This document shows, one piece after another, positions 18,581 to 28,558 of a stretch of DNA of 56,354 nucleotides. The position numbers and the translations under genes were made by a program. The number at the start of each line of letters is the position of its first letter. Position 1 is the stretch's first letter. The stretch comes from Alphaproteobacteria bacterium (GTDB lineage: Bacteria; Pseudomonadota; Alphaproteobacteria; CAAHEQ01; UBA3637). The notes under the pieces are model-generated. The model saw only the letters and a list, made by a program, of their open reading frames with translations. It made no database searches and was not told where the DNA came from. The stretch covers positions 1 to 56,354 of the forward strand of contig JAZRVC010000009.1 in NCBI GenBank assembly GCA_045598925.1, given 5' to 3'.

Positions 18581-21342
18581 GATTCCTCCTGATTTTTTAA
18601 ATAATGATTGAAAGCCAAATTGGGACTTTCGGAGAGGATTTTGGCCAGAAAATCGGCTTGTTGTTTCTTTTCACACCATGCCTTCAGGGCCTCTAATCCG
18701 GCTTCCCACACCACAGATTCTGTTGTCGCAAATGCTTTTTTTAACAGGGGTAAATCTTTGGCATTTCCCACCTGCTTCAACCCATATAAAGCCGAAGCCA
18801 TTGCCCACCTGTCTAATTCAAATTTTGGTTGTAAAATTAAAGTTTTTAAAAAATCATAAGCCTGTTTTTTATCCAACGCCATTGTGCCGTTTTGTTCTTG
18901 TTCTTCAATAGATGCCATCAAAATCGGACGTAAGGACACATACAATTTTTTGGGAATTAAATCTTGCAATAATTCCACCCCGCTGATTTGGGCAGAAATT
19001 TGTTTTTTCAAAATCATTTGCACCGCATACAACACCAAATCATTGGGATATAACAAAACAATTTGATACAGTAAAATCAGATGTAAATCCGATAAACTTT
19101 CTTCAAACGACCGCATCAAAAAGCCAAACGAATCTGCCAAAGCAGGATCGGGCGCTTGCGCACATTTTTGCATATTTTCCCATAACCATTTCCAACGTTG
19201 AATATCCCGTTGTAAAGACGGAATCAAAATTTTTTGACGCTGACTTCTGACCCAAATAATTTTTGAATCTAATAAGGCCTTTAAAATGTCTTTGCGTAAT
19301 TTTTGATCCGAAGTATTTAAACAACGCAGTAAAATTTGCTTGCCTTCGCCACTGGATAATCCGGCCAAAAACAGAACGAGTTTTTTACGCCGACTTAAGG
19401 GGACATACACGTTCCCAATCATTTTTTCAATCGGGGGCAATGCTAATTTACCATAATTCTTTAAAGCCACCAGCGCTGATTCCTGTAAATCCGCTTCATC
19501 CAAAGCCGACAGAACAAAACTTAAACTTTGGGTGTGCCCGATGGCACCTGCCGTCAATAAAGCCCGTTGAACGACCGTTTTATCTTTATGTTGTAATAAA
19601 GGCAAAACCAAACGAATCAATCCTGTTTGCGGTACCTGTTCAATGATATCCAAGGCTTGAAAAATTTCCTCTTTTTTGGAACTTTGCGACAAACGTTGCA
19701 ATCCATCCATCGCCAACAAAGCACATTCTCCCCCCGTTTTTAAAAAGCCCAAAATCGCCCCCGGCTTTAATTTGTTATCATCCAAATAATCACCGAATTT
19801 ATGAAATACTTTGGTGGGATTTTCCTCTCCTTCGCGATGGATGAGCGCCGCCAAAATACGGGCCCGCACCATCTCGTCCTTCTCATGGTGAAACGCTTGT
19901 TTTAATTGCCGATAGGTTCTGGGCGTTAAACCACGAAAATCTAATTGATCCACACAAAACAGGCGCACCTGAGGATGCGAATGCGTCAAACCATTCCCCA
20001 ATTCTTTTTGTAATCCGGGGAAACATGTCTGTCGCATCAAACGGAAAAAATACAAAACTTCATCTATGCTTTCAGACCGCACACCTTGTCGCAAAAGGGC
20101 TTTAGATGAATCGGAAATCGCCATCAAAGTTCCCGAACACCACCGCTTCATTTGACACATCTTGATGAAAAAACCATTATAGAGCATCAACGAAAACAAC
20201 AAACAAAGCAAAAAGAAAAGGCCCAATAAAACTAATCCAAAAGAAATATGGGACACACTGAAATTTAAAATAACACTGCCCATAAAAATCCACGCCAAAG
20301 GCACGACAACAACATCCCGATACCAACGTAATCGCACGCCTTGACCTAAGGTTAAAAGACGGGGTAAAGTGCGCAAAAAAGGTCCCCAATATAAAGTGGC
20401 CAGCACCCATACGCCCACTGTCCCGATCAATACACCGAAAGAACCCAATCCTGATAAAGCCAACAAAACAGCCATCACCAAGACCCCCAGAACCATATTA
20501 TAAATATAATTAAAGCGATAGAGCAGGAACAAACCGATTAGGCCAAATATCCCCCGATAAAACCAAATGCGCGTCAACAAAGAACGCATATTGACGTGTG
20601 AAAGGTATTGGTAAAACAGGTAATCTAAAGCACCCGAACATACGGTAAATAAAAAAGAAGCAGATAAAATGCCCGCCACTAATTTAAGTTCTGAATGATT
20701 TTGAACCCCCCCTGATTTTTTCACAAAAGTTTCATTCGGCACGGGTAAAAACCAAACCAAAACTTTCATCACGGCCACCAAAGCGGATAAAGCAATCAAC
20801 GCCAGTGTAAATAATGTTTGATGTCGCCCTTGAATAGAGGAAATTTGACCCGAGGCATAAATAAGCCCCAAGAAACTGCATCCCAAAACCCCGATAAATT
20901 TATACGAATCTAATTTCAGCGGAATAAACCGATGAGCAATCATCCAAAACGCCGTTTGCAACAAAATCGGCGCTGTATAGAGATAAATAAATAAACTGTT
21001 GGTAAATAAAGCATTGACCCCTAAAGAAGAGGCTGCCCATAAAAGCCCCGCCAACACAAAAAATAAGACACCCGATAAAGGTACACCCCCATATCCTAAA
21101 CGCCGATCCAATTTGACGGTTATTCTGCCGATAAAAGAAATTAAAATACCGATCAATAAAAAATCAAATCCGATATCAAATAAGCCTTGGTGGGCTAAAA
21201 ACATTTCAATGGTGGGAATTTGCAAATACACCAAAAAAACGCCTTGTAAAAAAGACCCTAACATCAATAAAGAAAGCACGCGCCAATCTTGAATTTTTAA
21301 TTTTTGAAATCTTTTTAATAAACGTTTTAACCGAAGCAACAT
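18577..21342 (-). CDS. Multi-TM (NTT/MFS-like) membrane protein fused to HEAT repeats
   Basis: About 12 hydrophobic segments in residues 1-390, including FW...RFIP. HEAT-like repeats include HPQVRLFCVDQL, DEMVRARILAAL, DKTVVQRALLTAG, DQKLRKDILKAL and ESVVWEAGLEAL. Confidence 0.7.
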   Translation of the reverse strand: MLLRLKRLLKRFQKLKIQDWRVLSLLMLGSFLQGVFLVYLQIPTIEMFLAHQGLFDIGFDFLLIGILISFIGRITVKLDRRLGYGGVPLSGVLFFVLAGLLWAASSLGVNALFTNSLFIYLYTAPILLQTAFWMIAHRFIPLKLDSYKFIGVLGCSFLGLIYASGQISSIQGRHQTLFTLALIALSALVAVMKVLVWFLPVPNETFVKKSGGVQNHSELKLVAGILSASFLFTVCSGALDYLFYQYLSHVNMRSLLTRIWFYRGIFGLIGLFLLYRFNYIYNMVLGVLVMAVLLALSGLGSFGVLIGTVGVWVLATLYWGPFLRTLPRLLTLGQGVRLRWYRDVVVVPLAWIFMGSVILNFSVSHISFGLVLLGLFFLLCLLFSLMLYNGFFIKMCQMKRWCSGTLMAISDSSKALLRQGVRSESIDEVLYFFRLMRQTCFPGLQKELGNGLTHSHPQVRLFCVDQLDFRGLTPRTYRQLKQAFHHEKDEMVRARILAALIHREGEENPTKVFHKFGDYLDDNKLKPGAILGFLKTGGECALLAMDGLQRLSQSSKKEEIFQALDIIEQVPQTGLIRLVLPLLQHKDKTVVQRALLTAGAIGHTQSLSFVLSALDEADLQESALVALKNYGKLALPPIEKMIGNVYVPLSRRKKLVLFLAGLSSGEGKQILLRCLNTSDQKLRKDILKALLDSKIIWVRSQRQKILIPSLQRDIQRWKWLWENMQKCAQAPDPALADSFGFLMRSFEESLSDLHLILLYQIVLLYPNDLVLYAVQMILKKQISAQISGVELLQDLIPKKLYVSLRPILMASIEEQEQNGTMALDKKQAYDFLKTLILQPKFELDRWAMASALYGLKQVGNAKDLPLLKKAFATTESVVWEAGLEALKAWCEKKQQADFLAKILSESPNLAFNHYLKNQEES

Positions 21343-21345
21343 TTT

Positions 21346-22209
21346 TTATTCCCCTAATAACGAATCAACATAATTTTCGGCAGTAAAGGAATTTAAATCA
21401 TCCACCCCTTCTCCCACACCAATCGCATACACGGGCAATTTAAATTGATCGGCCAAAGCCACCAAGATGCCCCCTTTGGCTGTTCCGTCTAATTTAGTCA
21501 TAATCAATCCCGTTAAAGGACAAACCTCATTAAAAATTTTGACTTGAGAAAGAGCATTTTGTCCCACACTTGCATCCAAAACTAAAATCGTTTCATGGGG
21601 CATTTGCGGATTGATTTTCTGTATGACACGATAAATCTTTTTCAGTTCATCCATTAAATCCACCCGATTTTGCAAGCGACCCGCCGTATCAATAAAAACA
21701 ACATCCGTTTTCTTTTCTTGGCATTGTTTTAATGCATCAAAAATCAACCCAGCCGCATCACAGCCTGCTGCTCCCTCATAAAAATCAGCCCCTGTTCTTT
21801 CGGCCCATTTTTTCAGTTGTGCCACAGCACCTGCCCGAAAAGTATCCCCCGCCACAAAAGCCAACTTTTTCCCCGAATAATGAGGGGCCAACTTACCAAT
21901 CGTTGTTGTCTTACCGGCCCCATTGACTCCCACCATTAAAACCACCGTTGGGGAACAAACAGCCTTTGGCATCGGTCGCACCACGGGGGTCATTTTATCA
22001 ATCAAATAGGAACGAATAAAAGTTTTCATTTCCTCGGGAGTTTTATATTTTTTATTCTGCAGTTGATTTAAAATGTCATTGGCCACTTTAACCCCCATAT
22101 CGGAACGAATCAAGACTTCCTCAAAAGTTTCTGTGTCCATCAAACTTGAGTCCGAAAAGAGTCCCGATGTTTTTTTTAAGCCTTGCTTTAATTTATTCAA
22201 CCAACTCAT
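21346..22209 (-). CDS. ftsY: SRP receptor FtsY (NG-only form)
   Basis: Motifs GVNGAGKTTT, GDTFRA, DTAGRL and TKLDGTAKGG. Start taken as ATG 22209 (MSWLNKLKQGLKKT). Confidence 0.95.
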   Translation of the reverse strand: MSWLNKLKQGLKKTSGLFSDSSLMDTETFEEVLIRSDMGVKVANDILNQLQNKKYKTPEEMKTFIRSYLIDKMTPVVRPMPKAVCSPTVVLMVGVNGAGKTTTIGKLAPHYSGKKLAFVAGDTFRAGAVAQLKKWAERTGADFYEGAAGCDAAGLIFDALKQCQEKKTDVVFIDTAGRLQNRVDLMDELKKIYRVIQKINPQMPHETILVLDASVGQNALSQVKIFNEVCPLTGLIMTKLDGTAKGGILVALADQFKLPVYAIGVGEGVDDLNSFTAENYVDSLLGE

Positions 22210-23386
22210 TTTTTTGTACCTTTGAAATTTTAATGGGAACAATTTGCCCCGAAACATAATTATTCTTTAATATAACATGTAAATAATTTTCTGTCCAGCC
22301 CGAATAATTCTCTTCCACCAAGACCTTCACAGTTTTTCCCACCATTTTCTTTAACAAATCTTGATGCAATTTTTCCCCTAACTCACGTAATTTTAAAGCC
22401 CTTTCTTTGCGTGTTCTTGTGTCCACTTGAATCCATTTGCTTGCCGGTGTTTCAGGCCTTTGGGAATAAGGGAAAACGTGTAAATGTGTAATATTGGCTG
22501 ATTTCACCAGATCACAGGTTTGTAAAAATTGTTCTTCTGTTTCTGTGGGAAAGCCGGTAATAAAATCAGCCCCAAAAACAGCATCCGCCCGCACCGAGCG
22601 AATTTTTTGAATCAGATGCAATACATCTTGACGGCGATGACGGCGCGCCATTTTCCGTAAAATCTCATCATCCCCCGATTGAATAGAAAAATGAAAATAC
22701 GGCATAACCTGCGGATATTTTTGGATCAGTTCAATAAAATCATCCCCCAACCCCGCAGGATCCAATGAACCAAAGCGCAGTCTTTTTATCTCGGGCACTT
22801 CGGTTAAAAGGCGTTCACTGATTTTGACCAAGCCATAGGGATACGATACCACATCGGCCCCGGTCAGAACAATTTCTTGAAAACCCGCCCGCACAAAAGC
22901 CTGAGCCTGTTCAATCACTTGATCGGGTAAAAGCCCTTGATTGGGGCCACGCGCTAAACGCACCACACAAAACGTACAATGATGCTGACAGCCTTGTTGA
23001 ATTTGTAAAAAAGCCCGATTACGTCCTTCAAATTCATGCACAATCGGCAAATGAAACGGGGCATTGATGGGGCCCACACAACACTTTTCTTCACTATGCA
23101 AACATTCGGAATCTAATTTTTCATGATTTCCCAACACCCGATCCACTTCGGGCATTTGGGTATAAACTTCGGGATGAATTTGAACCGCACAGCCCGCCAC
23201 AATAATTGTCGCCTTTGGATTTTCGCGCCGTAATTTGCGAATACTTTGGCGACACTGCCGTTCTGCTTCGGCTGTCACCGCACAGGTATTGACCACAATT
23301 GTCTGATCATCTAAATCCTTTCCCAAACGCGCCATTAAAGCGCTTTCAAAAGTATTCATCCGACATCCGAAAGTAATTATTTTCAT
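22193..23386 (-). CDS. mtaB: tRNA methylthiotransferase, MtaB-like radical SAM enzyme
   Basis: TFGCRMN, NTCAVT, GC, CQHHCTFC (CxxxCxxC) and HVFPYS.RP.T. Adjacent to ftsY, as in alphaproteobacteria. Confidence 0.88.
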   Translation of the reverse strand: MKIITFGCRMNTFESALMARLGKDLDDQTIVVNTCAVTAEAERQCRQSIRKLRRENPKATIIVAGCAVQIHPEVYTQMPEVDRVLGNHEKLDSECLHSEEKCCVGPINAPFHLPIVHEFEGRNRAFLQIQQGCQHHCTFCVVRLARGPNQGLLPDQVIEQAQAFVRAGFQEIVLTGADVVSYPYGLVKISERLLTEVPEIKRLRFGSLDPAGLGDDFIELIQKYPQVMPYFHFSIQSGDDEILRKMARRHRRQDVLHLIQKIRSVRADAVFGADFITGFPTETEEQFLQTCDLVKSANITHLHVFPYSQRPETPASKWIQVDTRTRKERALKLRELGEKLHQDLLKKMVGKTVKVLVEENYSGWTENYLHVILKNNYVSGQIVPIKISKVQKNELVE

Positions 23387-23424
23387 GTGCTAATTATAGC
23401 AGAAAACCCGCCAAAAAGCAACTT

Positions 23425-24327
23425 TTAACCTTTGGGATAAATATGCTTATTAAAACGGCGATGAATCCATAAAACCTGTTCCGGATTTTGCCTAAACCAT
23501 TGTTCATAAATCTGATTGACCGAACGCATTAAAAGATATTCGGCTTCTTCGCGTTTTTTGACTTTTGGCAACGGCAAAGGCTTTAAAAATTCAATTTCAT
23601 AATGATCTTTGTGAAAAACACTTTTGGCCATAATAATCGGCAATTTCATTTTTAAGGCCAACCCCGCCATCGCTGTCGCAGTTTGGGCAGGCATATCAAA
23701 AAAAGGCACCGTTAAACCTTCCCGAAATTTTTGATCACACAAAATAGAAATAAATTGTCCCTGTTGTAAAAGTTGAATCATCAGACGCGCCCCTAAGGGC
23801 CCTTTGGGAATATTGACCCCTTGACGATGATGAAACAACAGCCAATTTAAAAAGTTATTATTGGCTTTTCTAAACACGGGATTTAAAACAAAATCAGGGG
23901 CCACCGCTTGACCGAAAGGCACTTCCCAATTACCAAAATGGGCCGAACACACAAACCCGCCCTTCCCCTTTTGATAAGCCTGTTTTAAATACTCTAAATG
24001 GATATATTTTGCTTGAGATAACACTTTTTTAAGATGTGGCAATTCGGCGGCCACTTGCCCGAAATGCGCCCACATTTTTTGTAAAATTTGTTGATTTTGT
24101 TTTCTCTTATTTTTGGGAAACGCAATATGTAAATTAAACAGCGCCCACGTATTTCTTTGATGACAAAACCATCCCACGCAAAAGCCCAATCCGCGACCGA
24201 CTTTTCTGGCAACAGGCAGCGGTAAAATCCAAAATAAAAATAAAAAGACAGCCACCACCATCCCCACCATAGGATCCACAATAAACCGTTCAAAAAGGGT
24301 ATGTTCTCCTTGGGCAATTTTTTTCAT
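23425..24327 (-). CDS. Lipid A late acyltransferase (LpxL/HtrB family)
   Basis: SAHFGNWE, DQK, VPFF and PEQVLWIHRRF. Confidence 0.88.
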   Translation of the reverse strand: MKKIAQGEHTLFERFIVDPMVGMVVAVFLFLFWILPLPVARKVGRGLGFCVGWFCHQRNTWALFNLHIAFPKNKRKQNQQILQKMWAHFGQVAAELPHLKKVLSQAKYIHLEYLKQAYQKGKGGFVCSAHFGNWEVPFGQAVAPDFVLNPVFRKANNNFLNWLLFHHRQGVNIPKGPLGARLMIQLLQQGQFISILCDQKFREGLTVPFFDMPAQTATAMAGLALKMKLPIIMAKSVFHKDHYEIEFLKPLPLPKVKKREEAEYLLMRSVNQIYEQWFRQNPEQVLWIHRRFNKHIYPKG

Positions 24328-25301
24328 CCGAGTACTTCTCCTAAAATAGCGGCTAATTTTTCAGGCTCATCAAATTGAAAGTCGCCCTCTACCGCATGAA
24401 TACCCGCACAAGATTCACGGGGGAGTTTCACCCAATCTTTACAGGTCGTCGCCCACACATAATCGGGATATTCTTTTTTCAATGAATCAATATCAAAGCG
24501 TGTATAAAAATAGTGATCTGGAAAAAACTTTTCCGCTTGTAATTCAATGCCTAAATTTTTCAGCATATTAAAAAATTTTTCGGGATGCCCGATACCGGCA
24601 AAAGCCCCGATTTTAGGGGCATTTTCAAACACCTTCAAACTGGTTGGATTCGGCAAGAAGGTCCCCGTTAAAACAGGTAAATCAATTTTATTTTTATCCA
24701 AATACTGTTGCACGCCCCACTTATCTTGCCCGATTAAAATCAAAGCATCCGCACGCTGTAATCCTTTCAACACAGGTTCCCGCAAAGGCCCCGCCGGCAT
24801 CACTCGTTCATTTCCAAAACCTAACCAACCATCCACCACCACAAAGGAAAGTGTTTTCACCAAACTGGGGTTTTGAAAACCATCATCCATAATCAAACAA
24901 TCAGCCCCCAAGTGTTCGGCCAGTTGTGCGCCCCTGGCCCGCGCACTATCCACAATGGTCGGGGCATCTGTGGCCAAAAGAAGCGCCTCATCCCCGACAT
25001 CCAAAGCACTATGCACGGCCATATCCACCAAGACACTTTGCTGACGCGCTTTATATCCATGATTTAAATAATAAAATTTTTTGCCACGGGTCCGTAAAAA
25101 TTTCCCTAACGCTAAACACACAGGGGTTTTTCCGACACCACCCACAGACAAATTCCCCACACATAACACGGGCATCTTCGCCTGATACGGATGTGTTCTT
25201 TTTAATCGCCGTGCCGAAAAATAAGCATAGACTTGCCCCAACGGATTTAAAAGCAAGGCGCGTTTTGAATTTTTATTTTGCCAAAAACGTGGCGCACGCA
25301 T
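24324..25301 (-). CDS. lpxK: Tetraacyldisaccharide 4'-kinase
   Basis: CVGNLSVGGVGKTP, GDEA, MDDGFQN, PAGPLRE, FAGIG.PEKFF and FPDH. Confidence 0.95.
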   Translation of the reverse strand: MRAPRFWQNKNSKRALLLNPLGQVYAYFSARRLKRTHPYQAKMPVLCVGNLSVGGVGKTPVCLALGKFLRTRGKKFYYLNHGYKARQQSVLVDMAVHSALDVGDEALLLATDAPTIVDSARARGAQLAEHLGADCLIMDDGFQNPSLVKTLSFVVVDGWLGFGNERVMPAGPLREPVLKGLQRADALILIGQDKWGVQQYLDKNKIDLPVLTGTFLPNPTSLKVFENAPKIGAFAGIGHPEKFFNMLKNLGIELQAEKFFPDHYFYTRFDIDSLKKEYPDYVWATTCKDWVKLPRESCAGIHAVEGDFQFDEPEKLAAILGEVLG

Positions 25302-26566
25302 TATTGAATCCCCCTTTTGTTTAAATAAGAAACAACTCTATCCAATACTGCCATTTCTGATACAGCCATTTCATGGGCCCGCTCACCCATTTGTTTTTGT
25401 TCTGCAGGGTGCAACAAATAATAACTGATACGTTCGGCCAATTCGGCCACCGATTTCACTTCAATTACTGTGTTTTGTTCTTTACCCATTTTCATAAAAG
25501 CACGGAAATTTTGTGTGTGTTCTCCCACCAATACCACCCGCGACCAATACATGGGTTCCAACATATTTTGTCCACCAAAAGGAATCAAACTGCCCCCGAC
25601 AAACACCACAGGAGCCAATTGATAAATCAATCCCATTTCCCCCAAAGTATCCGATAAATACACATCCACATTGTTTTGTATTTTTTCTTTTAAAGAACGT
25701 TGGGCAACTTGAAATCCATGGGCAATAAACATCTTTTTGAGTTCTTCTGCGCGATTGGGATGGCGCGGGGCGCAAAGCGTTAAAAGGGTTGGAAATTGCT
25801 GTTTTAATTTCACCATCGCTTCGGTCATCATTTCTTCTTCCGGCCCGTGGGTAGAGGCCATCAACCAAGCAGGACGCCCCCCCATATCCTGTAAAAGCAA
25901 GGCTAATTCCGCTGCATCAAAAGGGCTGGGCGTGGCGGCGCATTTAATGTTGCCGACACAAGCCGTCTCAGGACTGCCCAAGACTTCCAACCGACGTCTG
26001 TCTTCTTCGGATTGCCCCAATGTCGCCACAAAGCAAGAAAGCATTTGACGAATCACCGCGGGATGTTTTTGCCAACGCTGAAAAGACCGATCCGAAATGC
26101 GCCCGTTCAATAAAATCAAAGGCACTTTTTCTTTTTTAAAAGCGTGTAAAGTGGTCGGCCAAAATTCAGATTCAAACCACAGAACCGCTTTGGGTTTAAA
26201 ATGACGAATCAAGCGAGTGGTAAAAGTCGGTACATCCAACGGTAAATAATGATGAAAGGCCCGTTCAGGCAACCGTTTTTCCATAATTTCGGCAGACGTC
26301 ACTGTCCCGCTGGTTACCATAATGTGCAAGTTGGGGTTTTGTTCCAACAATTTTTTAATCAAACTGAGCATAGACAGACATTCCCCGACACTGGCCCCGT
26401 GCATCCAAATTAAATCGCCCTCTGGACAGGGTCTGCCCGCAAAGCCGAACCGTTCTTTAAAGCGTTTTTTATCTTCTTTACCTTTTATAAAACGGATGAA
26501 AAAGACAATCAACCAAACGGGAGTCATTAAAACAAAGAGAAATTGATACAAAAATAAAAGTATCAT
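25301..26566 (-). CDS. waaA: Kdo transferase
   Basis: IWMHGASVGE, ESEFWP, NGRISDRS, ASTH, PRHP.R, DTLGEMG and GGQN.LEP. Start taken as ATG 26566. Confidence 0.93.
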   Translation of the reverse strand: MILLFLYQFLFVLMTPVWLIVFFIRFIKGKEDKKRFKERFGFAGRPCPEGDLIWMHGASVGECLSMLSLIKKLLEQNPNLHIMVTSGTVTSAEIMEKRLPERAFHHYLPLDVPTFTTRLIRHFKPKAVLWFESEFWPTTLHAFKKEKVPLILLNGRISDRSFQRWQKHPAVIRQMLSCFVATLGQSEEDRRRLEVLGSPETACVGNIKCAATPSPFDAAELALLLQDMGGRPAWLMASTHGPEEEMMTEAMVKLKQQFPTLLTLCAPRHPNRAEELKKMFIAHGFQVAQRSLKEKIQNNVDVYLSDTLGEMGLIYQLAPVVFVGGSLIPFGGQNMLEPMYWSRVVLVGEHTQNFRAFMKMGKEQNTVIEVKSVAELAERISYYLLHPAEQKQMGERAHEMAVSEMAVLDRVVSYLNKRGIQ

Positions 26567-26635
26567 TTTTTTAAACTTTCTGTTATAGTCATTACTGATC
26601 AGTATCATATCTTTTTTTCCAACAAAAGGCAAGCC

Positions 26636-27157
26636 ATGATCGGCATAAAGACAAAAAACAAACTTTTAGAAAGCACTTTGTGCCACCTTTATCCTGACAA
26701 AATCGTTCCTTTTCAAGAAAATCAAGCCTTTGACATCCTGTTGTGTGATGACAAAACCTATAAAAACGAACACATGAAAATCATCTATCTGGGACCTAAA
26801 AAACAGGATGATTTACAAACACCTTTTTCACTTCAGGATTTGGAAAAAGTTTTAACAAAAATCCAACAAACCCCTTTGGAACTTACCTTTTTTTATTGGT
26901 TTGCAGACCAAAGAAGTTTGGTGGATAAAGCCACCCATAAAACCTATCTTCTCACGCAAAAAGAAGCGGAACTCATTGATTTTTTGGGGTGCCAACCCAA
27001 ACACCAAGCCACCAAAGAGGTGCTGCTCTCTCAAGTATGGCATTATCACGAAAATACCAATACCCATACCCTCAACAGTCATCTTTATGAACTTAATCAA
27101 AAGGTAGGAAAAAATAAATTGATTCGGTTTAGAAAAAACTACTATCAGTTATTTTGA
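26636..27157 (+). CDS. OmpR/PhoB-type winged-helix regulator with a shortened, degenerate receiver (CenR-like)
   Basis: The C-terminal LTQKEAELIDFL...KEVLLSQVWHY...THTLNSHLYELNQK resembles the CenR-type LTEKE...VWGY...THTLETHIYRLRQK. Confidence 0.7.
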   Translation: MIGIKTKNKLLESTLCHLYPDKIVPFQENQAFDILLCDDKTYKNEHMKIIYLGPKKQDDLQTPFSLQDLEKVLTKIQQTPLELTFFYWFADQRSLVDKATHKTYLLTQKEAELIDFLGCQPKHQATKEVLLSQVWHYHENTNTHTLNSHLYELNQKVGKNKLIRFRKNYYQLF

Positions 27158-27925
27158 ACGGGCAACCGGTTCTACAATGTTTTCACCCGCAGAAGGTTTG
27201 GCTTCGCCCGCTAAAGGCGGCAAAGTTTGCGCTATCGGTTGTGTGGAAGCCATCCCGTTTTCTAATCCTTGAAATTGAATTTCACGTTGGACAGGCTGAC
27301 TATTCATCGTCATCGCCGAACGCGCCGTTGGTGCTGTTTTTCCTGCAGCCCCTTGTGTCGGAGCAGTCGCCCCGCCCAAAGTCGCATTTTGCGAAGAAAG
27401 ACCACTCAACATTTTTTCGGTCAAACTGTCGGCTAAATCAGTATCACGCAAAACAGGATTCTTATCCAAATACCACAACAAATTGCGCCCGTTATCATCT
27501 GTTTGATTTAAGGTTAAACCCAAAGCCTCAATCGCTTGCACCATCAAATTCATGATATTTTCATTGGGGGCATAATAGGCGGTAAAAAGTAAAATAGGAA
27601 GTTCTTTCGGGGCCCCGACAATCGGATAACCCAACAAACTCACCCGTTGAGTTGCCCGTTTAATATCTTGTTCCAATAAAGCGCGCAACACTTCGTGATT
27701 TCCACGCAAAACAGCCAATTGTAATAAAGAGCCCCCGCAACGAATTTGATTGTCTTCAAATAAAACCCCTTGCTCCATCAATTTTTTAATTTGATCCGCA
27801 TTACGGGCATTACGCACCAATGTTTGCAACGGTGTATAGGCGCAATCTGTGGGTGTTGCAGCCCCCGCCACACAAGCCATCATACAGGATAAACCAACAC
27901 AGGCCAACAAAAATTTTTTCATCAA
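27149..27925 (-). CDS. Exported hypothetical protein with ankyrin-like repeats
   Basis: Signal peptide; GGSLLQLAVLRGNHEVLRALLE and DDNGRNLLWY; low-complexity C-terminal tail. Confidence 0.6.
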   Translation of the reverse strand: MMKKFLLACVGLSCMMACVAGAATPTDCAYTPLQTLVRNARNADQIKKLMEQGVLFEDNQIRCGGSLLQLAVLRGNHEVLRALLEQDIKRATQRVSLLGYPIVGAPKELPILLFTAYYAPNENIMNLMVQAIEALGLTLNQTDDNGRNLLWYLDKNPVLRDTDLADSLTEKMLSGLSSQNATLGGATAPTQGAAGKTAPTARSAMTMNSQPVQREIQFQGLENGMASTQPIAQTLPPLAGEAKPSAGENIVEPVARSK

Positions 27926-27937
27926 TTCCCCCTTTTT

Positions 27938-28558
27938 TTATTCGTCTTTGTATGGATTATGAAATAAAAAAATCTTTTTGTCAACAGGAATATTTTGTTT
28001 GATATCAAAAAGGGACACCGTTGATTTAATCCCTTGGATATCTAACACATCCCATTGCTTTAAGTTCAACGTTTCTTTATCAATAACCAGAGTCAATTCG
28101 CCCAATTCTTTCGCGTCTTTTTTATGGGCGGTAATTTTATATTCATCCAACACATCTTGCACATCGGTCACCACAAAACCCGCATCATCAAACACGAGTT
28201 TATCCCGTAAAATCCATTCCACAGGGGTAGAATTTAAATCAAAATAGTTGACCTGTTCCATATCTTTATCGTGATAGATAAAAACCCCTTGGGTCGCCAC
28301 AAATTCCAAAGGAGAACCTTGTTCATATTTCAGGCGCATTTGCCCGGGTTTTGATAGGTAAATTGTCCCCGTTTGCAAGTCATCTTTCATTTTGGAATTA
28401 AACTGCGCAAATTGGGCGGTGAGTGTCCGCATTTTGTTATAGGCTTTTTCCACTTTATTTAAAATCGCCCGATTGACTGGGGTATCAATTTCCTTTTCCA
28501 CCAACGCAAAAGAAGGGGTAGAACAAACCAGCAATAAGAAAAAAATCAATTTTTTCAT
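27938..28558 (-). CDS. lolA: Outer-membrane lipoprotein carrier LolA family protein
   Basis: TLTAQFAQ, GTIYLSKPGQMRLKY and LKQWDVLD. Downstream of ftsK. Confidence 0.85.
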   Translation of the reverse strand: MKKLIFFLLLVCSTPSFALVEKEIDTPVNRAILNKVEKAYNKMRTLTAQFAQFNSKMKDDLQTGTIYLSKPGQMRLKYEQGSPLEFVATQGVFIYHDKDMEQVNYFDLNSTPVEWILRDKLVFDDAGFVVTDVQDVLDEYKITAHKKDAKELGELTLVIDKETLNLKQWDVLDIQGIKSTVSLFDIKQNIPVDKKIFLFHNPYKDE

